This document shows positions 39,145-47,318 of a stretch of DNA of 64,000 nucleotides, piece by piece; position 1 is the stretch's first letter, and each line of letters opens with the position of its first letter. The stretch is from an uncultured Actinomycetes bacterium. Lineage in GTDB: Bacteria > Actinomycetota > Thermoleophilia > Gaiellales > JAICJC01. The stretch spans positions 9,749 to 73,748 of the forward strand of contig CAWESH010000005.1 of assembly GCA_963811675.1 (NCBI GenBank). The letters are read 5' to 3'. The notes beneath the pieces were generated by a model that saw only the letters and a program-made list of their open reading frames with translations, was not told the origin of the DNA and searched no databases. Made by a program: the position numbers and the translations under genes.

Positions 39145-40070
39145 GCGGCGGGCCTGTCAGCACCCGATTCGCCGCACTGGGGACAACCGCGGTGGTGGCG
39201 GTCACCCGTCCCCGTCAGCTGGCTGCGGCGGTCGCCGAGGTCGAAGCTGAAATCGCCGACATCGACCGCACCTGCAGCCGGTTTCGGCCGGACTCCGAAC
39301 TCATGCAGCTGCACCGCACCCCTGGCCGCCCGGCCACGGTCAGCGCACTCCTGGCTGAGGCGCTAAGCGTGGCGTTGGACGCCGCCGCGGCAACCGACGG
39401 CCTGGTCGATCCCACGGTCGGGGCGGCTGTCTCGGCGATTGGATATGACCGCGACTACGAACAGCTGGTGCCGCTGGATCATCCGCTGCCCTGCGAGCGC
39501 CCGGTTCCCGGCACCAAAGCAATCTGGTTTGACGGAACCCGACGGGAGGTGCGTCTTCGTCCGGGCACCAGCCTCGATCTGGGCGCGACAGGCAAAGCGC
39601 TGGCGGTCGATCGGGCGGTCGTGCGAGCGGTCAAGGTCATCGGCTGCGGCGTCTTGGTGAGCATCGGCGGAGACCTCGCTACCGCAGGGCCCGCGCCGGC
39701 GGGAGGATGGTCGATCGGTATCGCCGACGACCACCGGGCGGAGCGCGAGCAGATCGAGCAGGCAGTGGCGATCACCAGAGGGGCGATCGCCACGTCCAGC
39801 ACCACGACTCGCGTTTGGGACCGAGCCGGAGAGCGATGCCACCACATCATCGACCCCCGGCGCGGCCGCTCCGCCGAGGTCGTGTGGCGAACGGTCACTG
39901 TGGCTGCCGGTACGTGTGTCGCCGCCAACGCTGCCAGCACCGCCGCCATCGTCGATGGGCGTGGCGCCTTAGCGCGTCTCACCCGGGCGGGACTCCCCTG
40001 CAGGCTGGTGACCGCCGCTGGTGACGTGACCAGCGTGGGCGGCTGGCCGAACTCCGCGGAGAGCGCGTGA
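39141..40070 (+). CDS. apbE: FAD:protein FMN transferase (ApbE family)
   Basis: RFAALGTTAVVAV, SRFRPDSEL, VDPTVG, LDLGATGKALAVDRA, AIATSS and HHIIDPRRG. Confidence 0.85.
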   Translation: MSGGPVSTRFAALGTTAVVAVTRPRQLAAAVAEVEAEIADIDRTCSRFRPDSELMQLHRTPGRPATVSALLAEALSVALDAAAATDGLVDPTVGAAVSAIGYDRDYEQLVPLDHPLPCERPVPGTKAIWFDGTRREVRLRPGTSLDLGATGKALAVDRAVVRAVKVIGCGVLVSIGGDLATAGPAPAGGWSIGIADDHRAEREQIEQAVAITRGAIATSSTTTRVWDRAGERCHHIIDPRRGRSAEVVWRTVTVAAGTCVAANAASTAAIVDGRGALARLTRAGLPCRLVTAAGDVTSVGGWPNSAESA

Positions 40071-40741
40071 GCACGATCGGGCTGGACACCCGCACGCTGT
40101 GGTACCTGACCCGCGGCACAGGGATCGTCACGCTCATGCTCCTGACCATCACGTTCCTCCTGGGACTCGTGAGTATGAGTCCGGGACCGATGCTGAGCAT
40201 GCCGCGGTTCGTAGTCGCCGGACTCCATCGCAACCTGTCGCTTCTGGTCGTGGCGTTCGTGTGCGTACACATCGCCACGGCAGTTGCAGACCCCTATGCG
40301 GGAATCCGGCTGATCGACGCAGTCGTGCCGCTCGCGTCGTCCTACCGGCCGGTGTGGATCGGCCTGGGGGCGGTGGCTGTCGATCTCCTGGCTGCCGTAA
40401 TTGTCACGAGTCTCGTGCGGGTCAGGCTGGGTCATCGAGCATGGCGGGCGGTGCACTGGGCCGTGTACGTGATCTGGCCGGTGGCTGTGATCCACGCGCT
40501 TGGCTCCGGCTCAGACGTGCGCTCGAGAATCCTGCCGGTGGTCGCCGCCGTGTGCACCGCTCTGGTGCTCGTTGCCTCCGGCTGGAGGGTGGCGACCGCC
40601 GACATTCCCGCGTGGCAGCGCGGAGCTTGGGGAACCGTCGGCGTCGGCGTGATGCTGGCCGTCACCGCCTGGACGCTCAACGGGCCGCTTCAGCCGGGAT
40701 GGGCGAAGTCTGCGTCGTTCGCGCTGGCGGGCATCCGGTGA
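40067..40741 (+). CDS. ferric-reductase-like transmembrane (MsrQ/YedZ-type, putative di-heme) protein
   Basis: LWYLTRGTGIVTLMLLTITFLLGL, LHRNLSLLVVAFVCVHI and HWAVYVIWPVAVIHAL give six hydrophobic segments with conserved His pairs. The GTG overlaps the apbE stop (GTGA). Confidence 0.8.
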   Translation: MSTIGLDTRTLWYLTRGTGIVTLMLLTITFLLGLVSMSPGPMLSMPRFVVAGLHRNLSLLVVAFVCVHIATAVADPYAGIRLIDAVVPLASSYRPVWIGLGAVAVDLLAAVIVTSLVRVRLGHRAWRAVHWAVYVIWPVAVIHALGSGSDVRSRILPVVAAVCTALVLVASGWRVATADIPAWQRGAWGTVGVGVMLAVTAWTLNGPLQPGWAKSASFALAGIR

Positions 40742-42057
40742 GCGCCGCCGCCACCGCCTACGACCGACCGCGCACGGCAGCTCCCCCCGCTGGAGTGCCG
40801 CGGTTGCTGGCCGGTCATCGGGCGCATCGAGGTCGAATGAATTTGCACGACCACCTCGACTACTACGGCGATCCGCGCACGGCGGCGTACGCGGCTCCAC
40901 TTTGGGCGACCGTCGAGCGGTCGGGACTGGTCGGCCGGGGCGGGGCCGGGTTCCCGACCGCCCGCAAGCTGGACGCCGTCAGGCGTGGCCGCGGCCGGCC
41001 GATCGTGGTGGTGAACGGGATGGAGGGTGAACCGGCCAGCGCGAAAGACCGGTACTTGCTCTCGGTCGTCCCCCACCTCGTCCTGGACGGAGCCGCTCTG
41101 GCGGCGGCCGAGGTAGGTGCCGACGTGGTCAAGGTGGCTGTCCGCCGCGACCGCGTCGATGCGGTGCACTCGCTCATCCGTGCTGTCTCCGAGCGTCACC
41201 AGGTCGGGCTCGATCAGATCGAGACGAGCATCCATCAGGGACCGCCGCGATACGTCGGCGGTGAGGAGACGGCGGTCGTCCACTGGCTCGACGGCGGCCC
41301 GATCCGGCCCCTGGCGGTTCCCCCTCGGCCCTTTGAACGGGGAGTTGGCGGGCGGCCCACGCTGGTGCTGAACGTCGAGACGCTGGCCCATATCGCTCTG
41401 ATCGCCCGCTACGGAGATGCATGGTTTCGCGCTCTCGGCCCCTCCCACGCTCCGGGAACGACGCTGATGACCGTGACCGGCGCTGTCGCAAACGGCGGGG
41501 TCGCGGAGGTCGCCATGGGTTCCTCCCTGAACGCGGTCGTGGAGGCATGTGATCCCCGCTCCAGGCCGGCGATGGTGTTGGCCGGCGGCTACTTCGGCGG
41601 GTGGATTCCCTGGGAGTCATGTGCGGGGCTTCGGGTCGATCCTCACCAGCTGAAGCAGGCGGGGGCCGGGCTCGGCGCCGGAATTCTGATCGCGGCGCCG
41701 CAAGGCACCTGCGTGATCGCGGAGACGGCCAGGATCGTTTCGTACCTCGCGGGTGAGAGCGCCGGCCAGTGTGGCCCGTGCTTCAACGGGGTGGCCGCGG
41801 TGGCCGACGATCTCGCACGGCTGTGCTCGAGGCCGACCGGAGGCATCATCACGGCGCGGCTGCGCTCGCGCATCAGCGTGATCGACGGGCGCGGTGCGTG
41901 CGCCCTGCCCGACGGCGTCCGCCGGCTGGTGGCAAGCGTGCTCGACGGCTTTCCTGAACACGTCGCCCAGCACGAGCGCCACGGTGGCTGCGTTGATGCA
42001 CAGCCGCTCGCCTTGCCACTGAGCTCACGTCCGCTGACAGAAGCCGACTGGCGATGA
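40738..42057 (+). CDS. NuoF-like NAD(H)-binding flavo-iron-sulfur protein
   Basis: GLVGRGGAGFPTARK, VVNGMEGEPASAKD, YVGGEETA and ESAGQCGPCFNG correspond to the NuoF/51-kDa nucleotide, FMN and 4Fe-4S regions. The GTG at 40738 overlaps the upstream stop. The first ~213 codons of listed ORF 40099.. are an off-frame reading of the previous gene. Confidence 0.8.
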   Translation: MSAAATAYDRPRTAAPPAGVPRLLAGHRAHRGRMNLHDHLDYYGDPRTAAYAAPLWATVERSGLVGRGGAGFPTARKLDAVRRGRGRPIVVVNGMEGEPASAKDRYLLSVVPHLVLDGAALAAAEVGADVVKVAVRRDRVDAVHSLIRAVSERHQVGLDQIETSIHQGPPRYVGGEETAVVHWLDGGPIRPLAVPPRPFERGVGGRPTLVLNVETLAHIALIARYGDAWFRALGPSHAPGTTLMTVTGAVANGGVAEVAMGSSLNAVVEACDPRSRPAMVLAGGYFGGWIPWESCAGLRVDPHQLKQAGAGLGAGILIAAPQGTCVIAETARIVSYLAGESAGQCGPCFNGVAAVADDLARLCSRPTGGIITARLRSRISVIDGRGACALPDGVRRLVASVLDGFPEHVAQHERHGGCVDAQPLALPLSSRPLTEADWR

Positions 42058-42260
42058 AGCAGCGTCAGTTGCACGTCGACCCGATTGCGTGCGACGGACA
42101 CGGACTGTGCGCCGACCTTCTACCTGAGCGAATCGAGCTGGACGAATGGGGGTACCCGGTGATCGATCGATCACCTGTGCACGGCATCACCGCGGTGCAC
42201 GCCCGGCGGGCAGTGGCCGCATGTCCCAAGCTCGCGCTCCGCCTGGTGCGCGCCCAATGA
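42054..42260 (+). CDS. small ferredoxin (single-cluster type)
   Basis: 68 aa; VDPIACDGHGLCADLLPE....AVAACPKLAL fits the CxxHxxC...CP ferredoxin pattern. ATGA overlaps on both sides. Confidence 0.75.
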   Translation: MKQRQLHVDPIACDGHGLCADLLPERIELDEWGYPVIDRSPVHGITAVHARRAVAACPKLALRLVRAQ

Positions 42261-42868
42261 TCACCTTGCAGCAGGTCGACACAGACGATCGCTCCGCTCG
42301 CAGGCAGGACACGGGCGTAGAGGGCAATCGCCGGCTTACCGCCGCGCTCGGCGCGGTGTTGTTGGTGCTGCTCGCGATCGAGGGCGGAACGATCCCGTTT
42401 CTGGGGCAGCTGGAGGTTGTGCACGTGCTTGTGGGGCTGGTGCTGATCCCCATCGTGCTGCTCAAACTCGGCACCACCTTCTACCGGTTTGTCCGGTATT
42501 ACACCGGCAACCCGGCGTATCGGCGTGCCGGAGCCCCCCATCCGGTATTGCGAGTCGCCGGGCCGTTCGTGGTACTCACCACTGTCGCGCTGTTCGCCTC
42601 GGGCGTGGCGTTGGCAATCGTCGGCCGTCACTCCCAGACCGTGTACACGATCCACAAGCTCAGCTTCATCGTGTGGTTTGGGTCGATGACGATCCATGTG
42701 CTCGGGCACGTGTGGTCGCTGCCTGCGATGGCCGGCCGCGACTGGCACGAGGCCAACCGGATCCGCGGGTCACGTGTGCGGCAACTCTCGGTGGTGGGAA
42801 TCGCCGGGCTGGGGGTGCTCATGACGGTGTTCGTATTCCCGCTGCTCCCCGCCTGGGGGCACGGTTAG
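42257..42868 (+). CDS. four-TM membrane protein with conserved histidines (cytochrome-b-like)
   Basis: MITLQQ.. start by ATGA overlap. Helices contain VVHVLVG, TIHKLSF and TIHVLGHVW. Family not firmly recognised. Confidence 0.55.
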   Translation: MITLQQVDTDDRSARRQDTGVEGNRRLTAALGAVLLVLLAIEGGTIPFLGQLEVVHVLVGLVLIPIVLLKLGTTFYRFVRYYTGNPAYRRAGAPHPVLRVAGPFVVLTTVALFASGVALAIVGRHSQTVYTIHKLSFIVWFGSMTIHVLGHVWSLPAMAGRDWHEANRIRGSRVRQLSVVGIAGLGVLMTVFVFPLLPAWGHG

Positions 42869-42898
42869 CCGCGCGCGCGGTCGCGGTACGATCGCACC

Positions 42899-43604
42899 GT
42901 GACCGCACCGGCCCGCAATCCGGAGCGACACCTCGGCCACCGCACCGGCTGGCTACGCGCAGCCGTGCTCGGCGCCAACGACGGGATCGTTTCGGTCGCG
43001 GCCATCATCGTGGGTGTCGCAGCGGCCGATTCGAGCCGCTCCGCGATCATCACCGCGGGAGTGGCAGGCCTCGTCGCAGGCGCGGCATCGATGGCCGCCG
43101 GGGAATACGTGTCGGTCAGCTCCCAAGCAGACGCCGAGCGGGCTGACCTCGCGCTCGAGCAGCAGGAGCTGCGCAGCGACCCAATCGGCGAACGAGCCGA
43201 ACTCGCTGAGATCTACCGCGCCCGTGGCCTTTCTCCCGAGGCTCGCAGAGCAGGTTGCAGGCGAACTGAGCGCCGGTGACGACCTGCTCGGGGTGCATGC
43301 CCGGGATGAACTGGGCATGACCGAGCTCTCCCATGCCCGGCCGTTTCAGGCAGCCGGTGCGTCAGCTGCATCCTTCACCGTCGGCGCGGCCCTGCCGCTG
43401 TTGGCGGTGATTTTGGCGCCGTCCTCGTGGCGGATCGAGGCGACTGTGGCAGCGACGCTGGTAGCGCTTGCTGTGACCGGCTGGGCGGGTGCCCGCTTGG
43501 GTGGGGCGCCGGTCGTGCGCGGAACGCTGCGCGTCACCGTGTGGGGTGTCGCTGCGATGCTACTGACCATGATGGTGGGTCGCTTGGTCGGCAACACCGT
43601 GTGA
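42899..43604 (+). pseudogene. VIT1/CCC1-family iron/manganese transporter, one frame break
   Basis: LRAAVLGANDGIVSVAAIIVG..SMAAGEYVSVSSQ in ORF 42899... Then LAEQVAGEL..HARDELGMTELSHARPFQAAGASAASF.. in ORF 43014.., with a +1 join near 43240. Length is 706 nt (3n+1). Confidence 0.8.
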
Positions 43605-46265
43605 CCCAGGTGCCGATGTCTGATGCAGGTGGTGGCGGTGGGGCCATGCACTCCAGCGCGCCGCCCGGCGGATGATCCTGCGCCCCTGGACGGGCCGGCT
43701 GAGGGCACGATGCCGCCGCGGCCGGGGTTTGAAGAAGATGCTCTTGCCGAGTTCGGCGAGAGCGAGGTAGGTGATCACCATCACCCCGAGCACCAGCAGG
43801 AACGTTGGCGGGAGGCTGGTGAACCCCAGCGGCTCGGCGATCAACGGGATGTAGGGAATCGCCACGGCAACGGCCGCGCAGGCGACGGTGGTGACCAGCA
43901 GCGGGGTGCTCGGCCGGCTTCTGAAGAACGGCACTCGACGGGTGCGGATGACGAAGATGACGAGCGTCTGCGTCGCCAGCGACTCGACGAACCAGCCCGA
44001 GCGAAACAGCGTCGGGCCGGCGTCGAAGACCTTGAGCATGACCGCGAAGGTGAGGAAGTCATAGATGCTCGAGATCGGTCCGAAGAAGCCCATGAACCGG
44101 CGGATCATGCCGATGTCCCACTGTGACGGACGGGCCAGCAGCTCCTCGTCGACGTTGTCGGTGGGGATGGTCAGCTCGCTGACGTCGTAAAGCAGGTTAT
44201 TCAGCAGGATCTGTGTTGGCAGCATCGGCAGGAACGACAGAAACAGCGACGCACCTGCGGCGGAGAACATGTTGCCGAAGTTGGATGACGTCCCCATCAG
44301 CACGTACTTGATGGTGTTGGCAAACACGCGCCGCCCCTCCGCCACGCCGTCGGCGAGGATGTCGAGATCCTTGGTCATCAGCACCACGTCAGCGGCGTCC
44401 TTGGCGACCTCGACTCCGGTGTCGACGGAGATTCCAATGTCGGCCTTGTGCAGAGCGATCGCGTCGTTTACCCCGTCGCCGAGGAATCCGACGTCCGATC
44501 CAAGTGCGCGCTGGCGCACGATCACGCGTGACTTCTGGTCGGGGGTGACGCGGGCGAAGATGGTGGTCTCCGCGAGCGCCGCATCCAGCTGGGGATCGCT
44601 CATCTGATCGAGGTCGTTGCCGGTGAGAATGCCCCCGCCGCCGAGTCCGATCTGATCGCACACGTGCTGGGCGACGAGGCCGTTGTCGCCGGTGATCACC
44701 TTGACGGTGACGCCGAGCCGGTCAAGCCGCCGCAGCGACTCGGTGACACGTGGTTTCGGCGGATCGGAAAAACACAGGAAGCCGTCAAGTCGCAGATCGC
44801 GCTCGTCCTCGGCGCTGATGTGGTCGATCGACACCGCACGGCTGGCCACAGCGACCACGCGCGTGCCCGATTGAAACAGCCGGGTAAGCACCGGCGCGGC
44901 CTCGTCCGGTATGTCGTCACACCGGCTCAGCACGCGTTCTGGTGCCCCCTTGGTGATGACCCGCAACTCCTGGCCCCAACGCGCAAGCACCGACGCGATC
45001 TGGCGTTCGTGATCGAACGGCAACCGATCCAGCGCTTCCCACTCGACATGCCCGCCAGAGTCGGGCGGCGGCGCGTCCCACAGTGCCGAGTCAAGCTCGT
45101 TGCCCGCTCGATCGCTACATGCAAGCCCAAGGTCGAACACACGGCCGCATCTGCTGCCGTCGGGCCCGAGCGCAGCGGCGAAGCGGATCTGGCCGTCGGT
45201 AAGCGTGCCGGTCTTGTCGGTGAAGAGCACGCGGATGTTGCCGAGGTCCTCGATGCAGACGAGTCGCTTGACGATCACCTTCTTCTGAGCGAGCCGGCGG
45301 CTGCCGGCAGCAAGGCTCACGGTCACGATCGCCGGCAGCAGCTGCGGGGTCAGGCCAACCGCGATCGCGAGTGCGAACAGCGCAGATTGGAGCACCGATC
45401 GCCCGAGCAGGACGTTGATCACGAAGATCGATCCCGCCAGCCCCCCGGCCACGATCGCGATCATGCGTGAGAAGTCCTGCAGGCCGTGCTGGAACGCGGT
45501 TTGCTCGTGGCGTTCCCCCAGGCTGAGCGCGATGCCACCGAACGCGGTGTGCGCGCCGGTTGTGACAACCACTCCCCGCCCGGCGCCTGAGCGCACGATG
45601 GTGCCCATGAATGCACACATGGGCAGGTCGAGTGAGAACTCGCCCGACTCGGCCGCAACCGTCGTCTTGAAAGCAGCCTCGGCCTCGCCCGTCAACACCG
45701 ATTCGTCGCACTCGAGCCCGTGTACCTCGAGCAACCGGAGATCAGCGGGAACCACATCGCCGACCCGCAGATGGACGACATCGCCGGGCACCAGACTCGA
45801 AACGTCGCGACGAACGGAGGCGCCGTCACGATCTACGGCCGTTTGATGGCGGATCTGGGAATGAAGCGCCTCGACCGCCTTCTCGGAGCGATACTCGTTG
45901 ACAAAGCTGAGGCCGATGCTCATCGTCATGATCGCGCCGATGATCAACGCCTCGTTGCCGTCACCGACCACCGCCGACACCACCGCAGCGGCGAGCAAGA
46001 GCAGTAAGAGGTAGCTTCGAAGCTGGCGAACCAGCACGTCGAGGACGTGAACTCCGTGGGTGCGAAGCACGTTCGGCCCGTACTCCACCAGCCGCGCAGA
46101 CGCCTCGGCGCCGGTGAGCCCCGCGTCTCGTGTGTCGAGTCTGGTCAGGGTCTCGGCCGGGGAGAGCGTTGCCGACTGGGCGAGATCGAGCCGAGCAGCG
46201 AGCAGCGTCGCCGTTTCCCTCATGCCGTCACGGTCACAACGATTTCCGAGCCCTGCCTTGGACAT
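43560..46265 (-). CDS. mgtA: magnesium-translocating P-type ATPase
   Basis: DKTGTLT, GDGVNDA and NLLYDVSELTIPTDNVDEE..GPISSIYDFLTF are typical of MgtA. Uninterrupted over 2.7 kb. The ~55-aa Arg/His-rich C-terminal tail overlaps the convergent VIT1 3' end. A second ATG at 46223 is an alternative start, because the ATG at 46265 is embedded in the palindrome. Confidence 0.9.
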   Translation of the reverse strand: MSKAGLGNRCDRDGMRETATLLAARLDLAQSATLSPAETLTRLDTRDAGLTGAEASARLVEYGPNVLRTHGVHVLDVLVRQLRSYLLLLLLAAAVVSAVVGDGNEALIIGAIMTMSIGLSFVNEYRSEKAVEALHSQIRHQTAVDRDGASVRRDVSSLVPGDVVHLRVGDVVPADLRLLEVHGLECDESVLTGEAEAAFKTTVAAESGEFSLDLPMCAFMGTIVRSGAGRGVVVTTGAHTAFGGIALSLGERHEQTAFQHGLQDFSRMIAIVAGGLAGSIFVINVLLGRSVLQSALFALAIAVGLTPQLLPAIVTVSLAAGSRRLAQKKVIVKRLVCIEDLGNIRVLFTDKTGTLTDGQIRFAAALGPDGSRCGRVFDLGLACSDRAGNELDSALWDAPPPDSGGHVEWEALDRLPFDHERQIASVLARWGQELRVITKGAPERVLSRCDDIPDEAAPVLTRLFQSGTRVVAVASRAVSIDHISAEDERDLRLDGFLCFSDPPKPRVTESLRRLDRLGVTVKVITGDNGLVAQHVCDQIGLGGGGILTGNDLDQMSDPQLDAALAETTIFARVTPDQKSRVIVRQRALGSDVGFLGDGVNDAIALHKADIGISVDTGVEVAKDAADVVLMTKDLDILADGVAEGRRVFANTIKYVLMGTSSNFGNMFSAAGASLFLSFLPMLPTQILLNNLLYDVSELTIPTDNVDEELLARPSQWDIGMIRRFMGFFGPISSIYDFLTFAVMLKVFDAGPTLFRSGWFVESLATQTLVIFVIRTRRVPFFRSRPSTPLLVTTVACAAVAVAIPYIPLIAEPLGFTSLPPTFLLVLGVMVITYLALAELGKSIFFKPRPRRHRALSRPVQGRRIIRRAARWSAWPHRHHLHQTSAPGSHGVADQATHHHGQ

Positions 46266-46293
46266 GAATAACGGTGCCTGGCACCGTTATTCA
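46265..46293. repeat. palindrome family copy 3
   Basis: tgaataacggtgcc-t-ggcaccgttattca, identical in core and arms to copy 1. Its first base is the A of the first mgtA ATG on the opposite strand. Confidence 0.9.
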
Positions 46294-46300
46294 CCGCGGC

Positions 46301-46333
46301 GTGAATAAAAGGTGCCTGGCACCTTTTATTCAC
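46301..46333. repeat. palindrome family copy 4 (tandem to copy 3, 7-nt spacer)
   Basis: gtgaataaaaggtgcc-t-ggcaccttttattcac is a perfect palindrome. The inner arm is AAAAGG/CCTTTT, versus AACGG/CCGTT in copies 1 and 3, so both arms changed together. It overlaps the stop (46330-46332) of the upstream minus-strand ORF. Confidence 0.9.
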
Positions 46334-46623
46334 AACGAGAGATCTTCGACGAGCCTCATGGCCGCTCCGCGGCCGCCCGAGAGGATCTCGACCCGGTACA
46401 CGGTGTGCTTGGTGGTGATTCTGACCGCGGGCCATTCATCCGCGCGCTCGACGAGCACGCTGTTGACGTGCACCCGCTGGACGATCACCACCCGTCTCGG
46501 TCGAGACGGTTCGGTGGCTGTCCCGTCGAGTTCGAACTCGTCTGGACGCAAGGTGAGCTTGCCGACGAACCGCAGCGCGTCCTCGGCTTCCCACGCGATT
46601 GGAAACGGCGCAACCATGAACAC
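46330..46623 (-). CDS. hypothetical protein
   Basis: 97-aa ORF with coding-like composition between the NarL-type regulator and mgtA on the same strand. No family recognised. Confidence 0.4.
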   Translation of the reverse strand: MFMVAPFPIAWEAEDALRFVGKLTLRPDEFELDGTATEPSRPRRVVIVQRVHVNSVLVERADEWPAVRITTKHTVYRVEILSGGRGAAMRLVEDLSL

Positions 46624-46684
46624 AGTGTGAGAGCACAGAGACGTCGTGACATGGGCGGATTTGCGGAACCGGTGCGGCGGGAAA

Positions 46685-47318
46685 TTACGGACGTTTCAGC
46701 AGTCCGTGATCCATCGCGTAGCGCACCAGCTCGGCTCGGGTGGAGAGCCTCAGCTTGGTGAAGATGTGCGAGCGATGCGACTCGACCGTGCGAACACTGA
46801 CCACCAGTTGCTCGGCGATCTCGGGGTTGGTGTACCCCAGCGCGAGCAGCGAGAGCACCTCCCGCTCACGGTCGGAAAGCGCCTCCCCGTCGGCGTCGCC
46901 CGGTGATGGCGGGCGAGACCAGCCGTGCTCCCAGCGCCGGATGCACGTACTGCTCCCCGGCCGCCACTCGGCGGATCGCGTCGACCACCTCGGTGTCGGC
47001 CGCCTCCTTGAGCACGTAGCCGCGAGCGCCGGCCGCAAACGACTGACGAACGTAGGCGGGGTCGTCCTCCATCGACAGCATCACGACTCGTGACTCGGGC
47101 GACTCGGTGAGCAGTTCAGCGATCACGTCAACGCCACTTCTCCCCGGCATTGTGACGTCCAGCAGGATCACATCCGGCTTGTGCCGGCGGGTCAGAAACA
47201 CCGCATTGCGGGCATCGGCGGCGTCGCCGACGACCTCGAGGTCGTCCTCTCGCTCGAGCAAAAGCCGAATACCCGATCGGACGACCGCGTGGTCATCGAC
47301 GATCAGCACTCCGATCAC
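46685..47318 (-). pseudogene. NarL/LuxR-family response regulator, one frame break
   Basis: The receiver (VLIVDDHAVVRSG..VILLDVTMPG..) is in ORF 46866..47318. The HTH (LSDREREVLSLLALGYTNPEIAEQLVVSVRTVESHRSHIFTKL) is in ORF 46685..47038. The +1 join is near 46900. The GTG overlaps the kinase stop (GTGA). Confidence 0.8.

Noticed and set aside
38100-39314. 404-aa ORF suggesting a large N-terminal domain on the response regulator
   Set aside because: The regulator is complete from the Met at 38759. The extension is antisense to the 38839 ORF and the apbE 5' end and is compositionally non-protein-like.
43560-43604. Convergent 3'-end overlaps (ALS/HDAC-like 14 nt, PafC-like/queG 28 nt, VIT1/mgtA 45 nt, DUF3054-like/sensor-like 37 nt, decarboxylase/dinB-2 12 nt, ackA/ATPase 23 nt after correction) as a special antisense-regulation feature
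   Set aside because: Stop codons are rare at this GC content, so C-terminal extensions and convergent overlaps arise by chance. I see no conserved structure in the overlaps.
46224-46329. M-box or other riboswitch in the mgtA leader
   Set aside because: The available space (65-107 nt) is fully taken up by the two simple hairpins. It is too short and too simple for the multi-helix M-box fold.
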